Below the pieces are notes generated by a model. That model was not told where the DNA came from, made no database searches, and was given only the letters and a program-made list of their open reading frames with translations. A stretch of 64,000 nucleotides of DNA, taken from Blasia pusilla (Eukaryota). The translations under genes were made by a program, and so were the position numbers. The stretch's first letter is position 1. Every line of letters starts with the position of its first letter. This document shows positions 1 through 11,997 of this stretch, piece by piece. The stretch is from positions 37,572,001 to 37,636,000 of the forward strand of contig CM114271.1 in assembly GCA_050084515.1 (NCBI GenBank), read 5' to 3'.

Positions 1-1350
1 TCATACGAAAACTTGAATACATTATAGTCGTGCAGAGTAACTGCTCATGTCAAATACCACTGGATAATTGTTGCTAAGGGAAGTCATTGATGATAGGGGT
101 TAAGATCATAGGTTGGAGTCTGATGAGACCTTTTATTAAGTGGGACTAGCACTGCATAGTTTCTTGAGATCTGACTATTTCGAATTTAAGCTTAATATTA
201 TTGAAGGCTTTGCGTTCTTTTTTCAAGATTTTTCTCAAAATTTTCTCATTTAATCAATAATTGAAGAAGGAATCAATGGATGCCTGTTCCTTCATTGTAG
301 AAGCCATTATGCCGTCTTGTCTAAAGTTGTCAGCAATAGGGCTTAGGGAACGATGAAATCTGTATCAATGCCATATCGTCCTGTGTATCTTCAAAATTAA
401 TTAGTGTAAAATTTGTTCATTAATCGCTAAGAAGTGAGTAATGTTAGATTTGTCATCTATGAGATCAAATTGTAGCTTTATATCGCCCAATGCTTTGCAC
501 TTCGTGGTTCATAAATTTTCATTTACATCTTTAGATGAAATTTTTATTACAATTTTAAGTTAAAATATTTAGTAATTTCAGATTTGTCAATGTAATCTGT
601 CTTAGAAGTAAAACTTTGGTTACTAACTTACCTTATAGAGAGGAAAAAAGAAAAACATTCGAATGGATGATTTTGTAATATCTTTACTTTCAAAATGTCA
701 GGTTTTCAATATGAAAGGGAAGTGGAGAAATGGAAGTAGGAAATTTTTTTACAAAGGAAGGCATAGAGAATAGATAAAGGAAAAAAGGGGAAGTTTTATA
801 GCAATTTATGATTCCATACGAATTTTTAGAGACCTCATTTGGAAGACATAAATTTTTAGACATCCTTCAAGCATTTGACCATAAAAGAGGGACGCCTTCC
901 ATTTATGTCGAGGAAGTTAAATCTTGACAAAGTCGTGATTTAAATACATGCACATTGGTCTTGGACGTTCAGCCATAAGTGGTGAGTGTCCACCTCAGAC
1001 GGCATCTTGCACTCGTGGAGGACATTGGCCATATAAAAACTATGGATTCAGACATTTGAACCTACGGTACATTTTTGAGACACCCTATTTCCTCTATGAA
1101 AGGGGAGGAGAGAAGTGGAGTGTGGGATATCGAAAGCAAGAGGAAGAAGGGAAGAGTTTTGTACAAAGGAGGAGAGAGAGACATGAATTTTGAAGAAAGG
1201 AGGGCTTCATAGAGATTAATTTTGTATGCTTAATATATATTATTATTTGAGAGTGCCTTTTGATTTACAAACACCCGTATGTTTGACACGTAGCAACGGC
1301 AACAAGAAAAAATAATTTAATTTGTATGCAACATGATATGTTCCTTTACT

Positions 1351-1378
1351 CCCGTGCATGGCACGGGCTTTATACTAG
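1351..1378 (+). mobile_element. Helitron 3' terminus
   Basis: Perfect hairpin CCCGTGC-ATG-GCACGGG (1351-1367) ends 11 nt before the end of CTAG, followed by T. The 5' end was not located. Confidence 0.75.
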
Positions 1379-4300
1379 TTTTCAATAAGAGAGGGAGATA
1401 CAAAGTTCCATCCCTCTAGCCAAAGATAGAAACAACTAGGTATTTGTTAGGGATTCAATTTCCATCCATTTTGAAGGAGAGAGGAAGAGAGTTATCCCCA
1501 TCTTTGTCCTTAGCCTCCCATGAGGAAATAAGATAGACAATAGGAGAGAAGAGATGAGGGGACAAACGGAAAAAGAAAGGGTGTGGATGGATCCTCTTGA
1601 TTTCTCTCGAGATTCGAGGTACTAAAAAGGTTGAGACAAAGAAAAATCTTTTTGCTTGGATGGCATGCGGAATTTTGTAAGATGGAAGGATTCATGCTTT
1701 TTCAAGAGAGGTGGTACAAAATCGAAGGTATGCCTTCCAAAAAAACACCAAATAGGTCCTCTTCGCCTCGATAGGCTTGAGAGGGTTCCCCTTGCCTAAA
1801 GCATTTCACATGCACAAAATTACTAACCTTCTTCTATTGAGACAAGTTATTTCTCCTCCAAGAAGAATCATATTGTTCAAATATAGTCCTAAAGATAAAG
1901 ACCCATGTTATTTTAATGGAGAAAGTAGAGAATCAAAATGTATATGTGGAGACTTTAAGCCCTTATCCATTTTTTTGGGTTCATGTGCGTGAGCCCCATC
2001 TCAAACAAACTCGAACGGCAACGTAAATGAAAATTTCCTTCTTTGTTTTAGGAGAGCATGAGGCATTGAGGATGGGATAATGTCAGATCTCTCTTGCTCT
2101 TATTAGTGGTGATACAGATGCACTAAAATCAAACTCATTATCCTACGGTGCAATATTCTTTTGCCTTTGAGCTAAATGAGGTTTGAGGTACTTCTTGTTT
2201 CTCACATATCGATAGCAATTCCGTTATGTACCTAACATGAAAGTAATAAATTGTAAGGATAAAAATCGTATGGACACACAATGCAAGATCATGCATTTAG
2301 GACTCAAGACTGTTCTTATGTAAGGATATTTTCAACTTTGAAATTCCAAAGATAAAACCAAAGAACATAGGAAGGAAGATCCTATATTGGGAAGTTACTT
2401 ACATTGGAACAATTTGCAGTAGAGTATTCAAAAGATGAAAATCCCATGTGCACAAGATGGAAGATTATGGGTTGAATATTGCATAAAATCCATGTAGTGG
2501 AAGGTTTTCCATTGTGAAAGGAAGAAATTCACTTTTATGGTCATTGAGTATCATAGACAATTTTGTTGCTTAGAAGGGATTATTATTCCATCTATTTGTG
2601 CACCCCTTCCTTGAATCTTTTAGTCTATAATCTTTTCTACTACCGGTGAAGTCCTTGAGAGCACACTCTTGAACTTGAAATTCCTCTCTTTTTCTTCAAG
2701 ATGTGGTGCTAAAAGCTAGGTTTTTATAGGAGTGGAGAGTGGATCAAATAGAAAACTATACAACATTTGTTGGCATGTCCTCATCCTCATAAGATGACTC
2801 ATGATCATTCTTTGTGTCTAGAGATAAGTGTATAAAATTATGTTAAGGCAAGAGATATTTTGTTTTTTTGGACAACTTGTCACATTCCTTAATGAATTCA
2901 TTTTCTTTTATACAACAAATAAGTTGAATAAGTCAAGATCACCAAATGGAAGACATTCATAGGAAAGGCAAGAGTTTTTTGTTATTTCATGAAAAGAAAA
3001 AACAATTTTAATGGATAACAAAGAAGCAAAGCAAAGAAAAGCCAAGTGAGAATCAAAGAAGAAAGGAGATGGTAGTTGGAGACTTACAAAAGATCTAAAA
3101 CACAAAGCATGGTTTAGTATTTCTAAAAAACATTGAACACCATATTTGGAGCAATCTATGACTTGAACAACAACTAATATCCAAACCACGTAAGCAAGAT
3201 TGTGATCAAATAGTGTAAGCGAGTCATGAAATGTAGATGACATAAAGATCAACTATATCTTGAGAGAGAAACACTAATTTGTTTGGTCGGACTATTTTGT
3301 AGCATAAGTGCACGTTTTCACTTCTCGTTTTTTTATAATGGCTACTAGTTGTGCATTTCTAACTTCATTGTCATAAAATTTATGCTCTATGATCCCCTTA
3401 GGATTGGGACAAGGAACTTTGCTACGACCTTTAAAAGCATCCAAATTTTTTTCTTCTCTCCATCTAACGTATCCATATGTCCTTCACTCGTGTGTAAAAG
3501 TTGGTTTATTTCCCTGTTATTAAAGGGCTGCAAACTTCTCAACTTCGCAACCACACTTATTGCAAGATGAATATGTGGAATAAGAAGGACATAAGGTTGG
3601 CAATGAGTATTTCACTAGGAAAGTTTTGGGATGTTAAATCCAATTTCAAAGGAACAAGAGGACCCCTTTTATATTTAATTATATTCTTGCCACTTTTCTT
3701 GTACCCTTGGTGAGATGGTTAATTGCAAAGCACAAAGTATGGACAACCCTAAATCCCCTCACAATATGGATTTATTGTGTTGTCCATCCCTTAACAATTC
3801 CACAAAAAACAGATGGATACATGTGAGATATAAGTAATTTTTTTAATATATTTATACATGAAATTATAAAAAAATGAGGCATCCAAGAGGTTTTTGTTGG
3901 AAAGTTGTTGAAACTTGAGGTTGTTACGTTGTTGTCTTATGGTAGCTCAACAATAGACACAATTGTATTGGTAGAATATTTTTCTCTTTGACAAGTTTTT
4001 TTGGCTCATCATTGAAGAGAGTAAAAAATTTCCAAAGACGAGATGGCCAAGTGAAGAAAAGAAGTTAGTAGTTGAATTTCTATGAAGTGAAAAATTGGAA
4101 TCCCTGCATTGCTTCATCGTATTAAAAAGGAAACCTTACTTTTGTTGCAATCAAACTTCCTATAAACATGAGACACACATTTGTTTTTTAAATCAATTTA
4201 AGTGCTTGATCCCATGATGCTTTCAATAGACATCACAAAACGTGGAACTACATCATTTTGATATGAATCAAAATGTAATATGCATTCATGTATGCTTAAT

Positions 4301-4758
4301 TTTAATTATGCATAAATTTATTTTGCATAAAATTAGGATTGAAAATTGATTATGTAAATTATCTATTTTAAAAATATACTCATTTGATATTGAGTTAATA
4401 CGAAAATTGTTGTTATAAAATTTCATGTTAAAATTATATATATGTTAGCACCCTCTAACTTTCATGATGGAACTTTAAATCTTCTCCAACCTTCCCGATT
4501 ACACCATGAACATGGTTTTCTCTTCCCAAATCCAATCATTCACTAATTTGTTGGCCCATCCGTCCATCTAAGGGGTTGTTTAATTTATCATAGAACCTAC
4601 AGTATGCATGCAAAATGAGGATAAGGTATAGAGCCTTCCGCCATTCACCTCCAAAATCTGCACATCTCATGATGAGAGTTGTCCTCCTTTTATGTCCCTG
4701 TTTATGGCAAACAATTAAAATTTGACAAACACCAGAGTAGACTCTTTCAACAGATCAT

Positions 4759-4878
4759 CATGGCCACTCCCCCCAAATAGATCGTCGTCCATACATGACA
4801 ATATTCAAATAGTAAATCCATGCCCGATCCCCACAAATAGATCAACGTCCATACATAACAATGTTCAAATAGTAAATT
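4759..4878. repeat. Tandem duplication, 60-bp unit x2
   Basis: CAAATAGATCrwCGTCCATACATrACAATrTTCAAATAGTAAAT is repeated exactly 60 nt apart. Confidence 0.9.
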
Positions 4879-5059
4879 CGTTGGAATGGGGGCCAAGAAC
4901 TGGTTTAGATTCCCTATGGCACGGTTTCTAGACATAAGGATTGGAGATGATCCTTTGTCCTTCGCATTTTAATTACTTCCTGATTGTCCACAACTTCATC
5001 TTCTGACTCGCATTTCCAGATCATCTTCAATTGGAGTAGAAACTTGGTAGACCGACTGT

Positions 5060-5159
5060 TTTCCACCATTGCTTTGATTGCCTGTCTTGTGTTTCCACCA
5101 TTGTTTTGATGGCCAGTCTTGTGTTTCCACCATTGTTTTGATGGCCAGTCTTGTGTTTC
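5060..5159. repeat. Minisatellite, 32-bp unit x3
   Basis: TTTCCACCATTGTTTTGATGGCCAGTCTTGTG at 5060 (3 variants), 5092 and 5124. Confidence 0.92.
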
Positions 5160-6638
5160 ACAAAGGCTTGCATGTGCAGGATTATTTTAACCATATACAC
5201 ATGCTCTGGTAGGGTATCCTTCCAATTCTCAAACATAGGTATAGCACTCCCTCATCTCTCCTATTGTTTCTCTTTTGCTTTGTCTCTACTCATTGGAGCT
5301 TGAGAAGCATGTAAGCTCTGAAATTGAATTTTCAGTGCTTGGTGTCCCTGAACACATTCTCAATTTCCAAGTAAAAATAAATTGAATGAAAGATTAGAAT
5401 GGCAATGTTATACCAATACCTGAAAACCACAAAACAACCTGGGCCGCCAGCATCTGTTTACTTTGAGGACATAATAATACCTGATGGGCGTCCTACTTGG
5501 TACTTAATGGTTGCTAAGATTCCCTGCTTGCCATTCACCAAGACGAATGAATGGTGCCATACCTTCACAAGTCATCAACATTCCCTACACTACACCGACA
5601 TTACATTGGTATGGTTGAAATTTCTTGCTCTCCTCAAAGGTCTAAGAACGTCGGTAGCTCATCCTCAAAGATTGTGCAAGATTACTTCCTGTATTCCCTA
5701 AGTGAACTTTTGATCTTCAAAGACAAGCAGACCAGTGCATAAACTTCACAAGCTTGTGTCAAGTCTTCCATATCCCAATTCACTACAAATATGTGAGTGC
5801 TACTTTCATGTGGAACTGACGGTGCACTTGTCCCCTCAATGCAACATCCTAATCGCCCCTGTCTGAGTGTGAGTCCACTAAACTGGGCGATGAATGTGAG
5901 CATGGATGAACAAGGCTGAGATATTTGAGAAGCTATTTCATTCTCAATCTGGAGTTTTTCTTCTGAGTGTGTTCAAGTAAGCTAAGACTGGAGGGTGTGT
6001 TGGAGTACTTTTAGGGTTTAGCTTACGTTCAGAAGTGATAGGGTTCAGCTTACATTCAGAAGCCACTGCTGGTACAGAGGGATCTGAGATCATGTTTCCA
6101 CGAAATAAGGGGGAGCTCGGGGATATGTACAGTGTTGTGTCAATGTAAATGGTGGATGGGCAAACAATTCAATCTTTAAGTCGTACAAATAGATTGGCTC
6201 TCTGGTGATGTGGTCCACCTACCACTGCTGTTGTACAGGGGCACCTGGCAAACATCTCATATGTGGTGGGATTTATTTCTCCTCAGTTAGTGAGAAAGCT
6301 CCGGGATTGTAAGATAAGCACTTGTTTCCTCTGGGGTACCTTGCTATTGGCTGATGTTGTGGTTGGAAATTTTGATCAATAGTTTTGTGTGTGTATCCGC
6401 ACGTGATTGGTTCTTCACAGTGCCACATGGCTGGTTGTGTGGCTCACATATATGGTGATCATGTTTCATACACAAAGAAAGCAAACAAGTGCTAAAAGAA
6501 AAGGAGAGGGTATCTTGCTCAGGTATCTCAGTAGCCATTGTCAACTATGATTTAAAGTGTTTGCAAATGAAGAAGAAAATTAGGAACTTAGTTGAATGTG
6601 AAAGACAGAAGATGCCCTTACAAACTCTGCCCATACCA

Positions 6639-7755
6639 TCAATCACTGGGTTCTGCAGGCGGAGTGCGTTGCCGCTTCCATTGGGTCTCTAACAGCAGAT
6701 GTGGAACCAATCTTGATTGCATGGGTGACATCCGTGTTCCCTGCCGCCTGAACACTCTCAATCGAGCTAGATCCGCTTCCTTTTCCATGGATATCTCCTT
6801 CACAACAACTGTCAATCGTGACCTCGCGTGCTCCATTCTTCCTGACTTCCCTTTTCCATGAGGCATGGCACGTTTCAAGTACCTGCCAGACACAGAACCC
6901 AAAGAACAAGAAAAGTGAGTACAACCACCAGACCATTCAAGACTAGTGAACTCGTGCACAACCAAACTAGACAACAGAGGCAGCATTTGAGCTCATCAAT
7001 TATCAACAATTATCATCCCACAGGTGGAAAAAATAGCTGAATCAGAGGATAAACACCTCCAGAGGTAAACAATGAAAATATCAAAATGGCCTACACATTA
7101 AAAAATTCTCTTCCACAAGTAGTTTCTGGTAGATCCGGGATACATACTTGTCTTTACCAACAAACGCTTCAGCAACAACAAGACGGTCCTTATCTAGTCC
7201 GTAATTGTGTATCGCATTGGCTCGGGCAGAATGCATCACTTTGGCAACAGTCTTTGCAGCTCGCTTAGGAGAAACAGCCATCTGAGTCAGAGCATCCTCA
7301 ACACGCATACCCCGCACCATCTCTGCCACCATATTCAACTTTTGGGGACTTTGCCTTATTGCAGTTAGCACTGCTTGCGCACTTCTGTCTTCAGAAACCC
7401 CTAGTTTCCTTCCTGTGCCTTCCACAACAGGCCCTGGAGCCTGTGAAAGAGGTGATCGAACTGGCATATCACCAATCTCCTCACTGGCTGCCTGCCATGC
7501 TGAGGTTGTAATGCCATAGTGCTGCAAATGACCAAACACCGTGGTGGAGCAAAGCCCAAATGATGACACATGTTGGCCTGTCCCAAGCTCGAAATTGTAA
7601 CCCAACGGTCCAGCAGAAGTGAAACTTCTGACTGTTGGTGGCTGCAATTTTGAAGTATCACCAAACTCTGATCTGAGCTTAGCCTCGACCTGATGACCCC
7701 ATGCTGGAATCAAGCGCAATAGAGACTGAGAACGTCCTTGTCTGAGGACCTGCAT
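6639..7755 (-). CDS. RPL22: Ribosomal protein uL22, bacterial/organellar type, probably mitochondrial (uL22m); exons 7755-7148 and 6882-6639, 283 aa
   Basis: L22 motifs IRQSPQKLNMVAEMVRGMRVEDAL, AKVMHSARANA.HN.GLD.DRLVVAEAFVGK and YLKR..PHGKGKSGRMEHARSRLTVVV. Intron 7147-6883 (GTATGT...TGGCAG, phase 2) joins the halves as KDK-YLKR. The ~125-aa N-terminal extension starts with an R/S/L-rich segment resembling a mitochondrial presequence (inference). Confidence 0.93.
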
Positions 7756-7764
7756 TGCTCCCGT

Positions 7765-9935
7765 CTGTTAAAAAGCACTGCTATCACACTATTCCAATCC
7801 TATTTAGACCTATTCCTCTAATTATCTTGATTGTTCCTTTTAGCACCCCTTCCACTTATTCCCACATATCCTGCTTCAAACCAAGGCTCCTTCTTCCTCT
7901 TCACCACAATCCAGGGCCAAAGGTCATACTTAGCCCAACCAACCAATCTGAAGTCCTCAATCGTCAGTGCCTTGGACTTCTCCGCACATGATTTCTTATA
8001 TCCCCAAATGATCGCCAGAAACCAAACCCTCTCAATAGAGGGTTTCCTGCAATTCAGTTGTCACATCAATCAGCTCGAATTGCAGATGGATAGCTAGATT
8101 CCACATCTCGCAGTTCACTCTATCTGTAGCTTTGTCACACACAGTTCTGTCTCTGCCCTGTGTGCAAAGTGTTGGATGGCGCTAGTGCCCAGAAAGAGAG
8201 AATGAATTAGCTGACTTAGTAGCCATTTTGATCCATGAGGGCAATGAAAACTGAGCATGAGATATTTGCTACACCTAAGCATTCAAGATTAAAAAAAGAA
8301 AAGAAACAAGCAACAAGCAGAAAAGGAAGACCAAAATTGTCCTATGCAGTTGACTGTTCCATGTGCCCAACCCTAGTAACCAGACACTGACGAAGGAGTG
8401 TAGCTATTTTGACCTGGTTCCTACTGCACATGAATTTGCACGCACCCAGGGCAGGACCCTGTATGAGTTCAGGGAAGTTTTAGATGTTCCCATAGCGGCT
8501 GTAACTGGAAAGGTGATCTCAGTCATTGCAAAGTTCCCTGAGGTTGTTTCCACACTGTCTCCTTATTTGGGTGGAAAGGCAATAAGCTTGTTCAGTTGAT
8601 TTCCCAACCTCATGAAACTGCCATTATCATTTGACATTTATCCTCTCTTCCCTGTCAGTAGGTTGCTCCTTTACCACAATGCCTAACTACTTGCGAAGAT
8701 AGGCAGCCAGGATCTTTATCATTGACATCCTCTAGCTGCCAGATGAGTGTTCTATCTTCTGATAGCATGAATCTCCATTGGGACTGGGACTATCCAAATC
8801 CTACCACCATAAGATCTTGGGATCTGTTCCTGAGCCCAGAGCATTTAAGCATGACATGATTTTGTGCCATCTCTTTTGCGAATTGGAGGGCTGGGGATCA
8901 CAATTCACAGCCAGATAACAAGGCTTTGAAGAGTTCTGGCATGGCGTATACACATTTCCATTCTTCTGCAGTTTCATTCCAGGTTTGTCAGATAACTTCA
9001 TTGGCTTAGCTTTCACTCCAGCTGGTTTGCCAATGACTAGGATTTGAGCTTTACACCTGAGTAGGTGTACTCTCTCACGATCTTGATAGCGTCAGTGGTC
9101 ACTTCTCGTCGATATGAGCGATAGACAATCTTCTTTGCTGGCTGGGTTGAAAAGCAAAGGAAATTTCCGGATTTTTTCAGATTCATCTCCAATTCAGATC
9201 TATTACAGAACTCCCAAAAATTGTTTAAGTGAAGTTGGAGAGCTGATTCTTTTTCTCAAAACGATCATAGAGTGGAAATGCGTTTACCCTGCGACCAATC
9301 CTCACACTTCTCCACCAACCTCATAGAGCACGTCTTCCGATTCATTGACGAGAGACCCAAACAGTGTAAAAGGACAGAAGAACCTTGTTTCACTCCCACG
9401 TTGGAGAACACTACATCCGATTTCCCCATCCCACTGCTGATATTTGCTAACCCTCCAGCACACAGCACTCTGATGGAAGTTAGCAGGTGGGCAGATGCAC
9501 TGTGTAAAGGCGATCGCTGCCCTGTCGTCCTGTAATTCCTGATCTATATCTCAGCCTTTCGGTCCATGGTAGGTCGCCCATGAATTCAAGGAAAAGGAAC
9601 CCAGGTTCTCAAATACGCGTCGTGTTTTAGTGGCTTACGCCCGAGCACCAAAACACGGAGCCCAAACAGAGAAAACCAAACGCGCATATCCAGGAGCGAA
9701 CGACCAAATTCGACGGGTACTAAAAGACAGCTCACATACGTGATGAGCTCGAGGACAGAGCCGTTCCATCCAGTCTTACCAGTGACGATCGGCAGGCCAG
9801 AGGGAAGAAGTAATGCTCATGTCTTACCCGCGCGAAGGCCACGAGAAGCACTGAATTACGCGTGCTCAATCGACCACGGCCCGAGGCAATCAAGACCGAC
9901 AATCAGCAAATCCGACATCAATAATTCCACCGTAC
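7765..9935 (-). other. Probable long 5'-UTR intron of RPL22
   Basis: Acceptor TTTTTAACAG ends at 7765, 9 nt before the ATG. Candidate donor AG|GTACGG at 9935; other GTAAG donors near 9780 and 9827. Donor choice is uncertain. Confidence 0.5.
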
Positions 9936-10154
9936 CTATGATCGACCGTAAGACCGCAAGACGCTGAATCACTCAGACTCCTCGAAATGAACGCCGTGAC
10001 CGCTCACGAAGCGAACATCCTCGCGAAACCTCGGCAGCTCCCCTACCGATTTCAAATCCAAACACCCGAATTCCGACACCGCCTTCAACCATCCACCACA
10101 GAAACGCACAGTAAGGAATTTTGATTTCGTCCCGCAAGAGATTCGGATTCTAGA

Positions 10155-10164
10155 TTTAGGGTTT
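10155..10164 (-). promoter_or_regulatory. Telo-box (AAACCCTAA) in the probable RPL22 promoter/5' leader
   Basis: Plus strand TTTAGGGTTT lies in a CpG-rich patch (~9600-10400) upstream of RPL22. Telo-boxes are established elements of plant translation-machinery gene promoters. Confidence 0.55.
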
Positions 10165-10464
10165 CGCATACCCCAGATCGCAGAGAGCGGATTGTCGAAT
10201 TACACAGGCGTCCATCCCCATCAAGAGACGGCCAAAACATGGAAACCAGAAGGCGTCGCAGCTTCCATCGCTTTGGAGAAAACCAACAAGTTTTCGGTTT
10301 CCACGATTGGCTCCGTTAGTCCAAACTGTAAGGGTTTGTGGGACGCTAGCTTCGAGGCACATTTGCCCCTCATCTTCTCCATTCCAATGATACGCACTCA
10401 TAAAAAAATCAACCAAACAACGAATCTATGTAGGGGAGGATGCAGTTTTTAGCTAGCACCTTTA

Positions 10465-10638
10465 CTAGTAAAAAATGTTTGTTTGAAGAGCTAGTGGGTA
10501 TCTCATGAAAGGAAAAGAATAATGATGAGAAGGCTCCATATGAATTCTTATGTGAAATATTTTTTTCTGCCCAATTATCACATGTCAAGCACATAGGTGT
10601 TTGCAAATCAAGAAAGCACTCTCCCATGATAAGATAGA
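10465..10638 (-). mobile_element. Non-autonomous mini-Helitron, 174 bp (hairpin lost)
   Basis: Minus strand reads A|TCTATCTTATCATGGGAG...CTAG|T. The body aligns by eye with copies at 10861-11038 and 62656-62866. Confidence 0.65.
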
Positions 10639-10860
10639 TTTGAAGAAGGTTTTTTCAAATGGCGACATTCGAATGCTCGCCATGTATCATTTTAAGCTCG
10701 GGAATGTAGGACGTATGGCATAACCATGTGTTTAAGGTTATAGAGGTCACGGTCCCTCATGGGACCTAACTAGTTAGATTTGAGTGTAGACTGGCTTGTA
10801 TGTTTTTCAAATAATAGTTAGCATTCTTTGAGAACTAATTATTATTTAGTTCATGTGAAA

Positions 10861-11038
10861 CTAGATTACAGCTCATGCCATGCACCGTAATGAAAGGACT
10901 AATCATGTTGCACACAATTATTTATTTTAAATTCTTGTGGCCCGTAATAGGGGAGACATTTTCTTGTTGTCCAATTGCCATGTGTCAAGCACATAGGTGT
11001 TTACAAATCAAGAAGGCACTCTCCAATAAGAATATAGA
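10861..11038 (-). mobile_element. Non-autonomous mini-Helitron, 178 bp
   Basis: Minus strand reads A|TCTATATTCTTATTGGAG...CGGTGCATGGCATGAGCTGTAATCTAG|T. The 3' end is a decayed version of the 1351-1378 hairpin end. Confidence 0.72.
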
Positions 11039-11079
11039 TTTGTTCATGCAACCCTTTCATATTTAAAGTCTTTCTAATT

Positions 11080-11420
11080 TTTTTAAAAATTATCCTAAGT
11101 TGAAAAGAAGAATGAGGGGAAAGTTTTCATAATTATAAAAAAAATTTAATCATTTTTTTGAATTTTTTAAATAAATTTGATAAGAAAAGTCCAATAATGA
11201 AAAAAAAAAAATATTTTTTCTCCAATGGAATCTTCCAAAGTCTCTTCATCTTATTTTCTTTAAAAATTTTAAAAATTCATGCCAAAAAAAAAAAAATCAA
11301 GTCTACTTTGGAAAGGAAAGTAACTTGTATTTTAGGAAAAAAATGAAAACGGAAAAGAAAAGAGTGTTGGGACAAGAATATTTCTTAAAATTAATAGAGG
11401 ATATTTTATTTTAACCTTAT
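11080..11420 (+). repeat. Dispersed AT-rich repeat; inverted relative at ~53270-53610
   Basis: Collinear shared blocks (AATCTTC.A.AGTCTCTT, TTCATGCCAA, TGGGACAAGAAT) match the reverse complement of 53270-53610. Confidence 0.55.
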
Positions 11421-11619
11421 ATCTAATTTTATGTTCAGTAGGCCAAAAATTCAAAGAGTGTCCAATAGTTTGACAATATTAACTTCCATTTGAGTCTTTT
11501 CATTTCCAATCATCTCACTTAATGCATTGCGCATGAAAAAATTTACTGGTCAAACAATATTAGCTCTAAGTTAAGAATGAAATAAAAAAGGTTTTAGTAA
11601 ATACATTGATTTCTATTTT

Positions 11620-11997
11620 TAAAATATTTTCATATCTTATAAAAAATTATGTATCTCTCATGTAAAATATATATTTCCACTTTTAAAAAAATATCCATTT
11701 TCAATATTTAAGAAGAGAAATGATTAAAATTTTAAATTTCAAGTTGATTTTGGAGGGGAAATTACATATTAATTCCAAATCATTTGCAAATAAAAAAGCA
11801 CGTATTAAAATATTTTCATATCTTATAAAAAAATTATGTATCTCTCATGTAAAATATATATTTCCACTTTTAAAAAAATATCCATTTTCAATATTTAAGA
11901 AGAGAAATGATTAAAATTTTAAATTTCAAGTTGATTTTGGAGGGGAAATTACATATTAATTCCAAATCATTTGCAAATAAATAAGCACGTATTAATG
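11620..11997. repeat. Near-perfect tandem duplication, ~186-bp unit x2
   Basis: TAAAATATTTTCATATCTTATAAAA...AAGCACGTATT starts at 11620 and 11806. Differences are mostly A-run lengths plus one substitution. Confidence 0.93.

Noticed and set aside
5060-5159. 32-bp repeat as a CRISPR array
   Set aside because: Units are contiguous with no spacers, there are no cas genes, and the context is eukaryotic.
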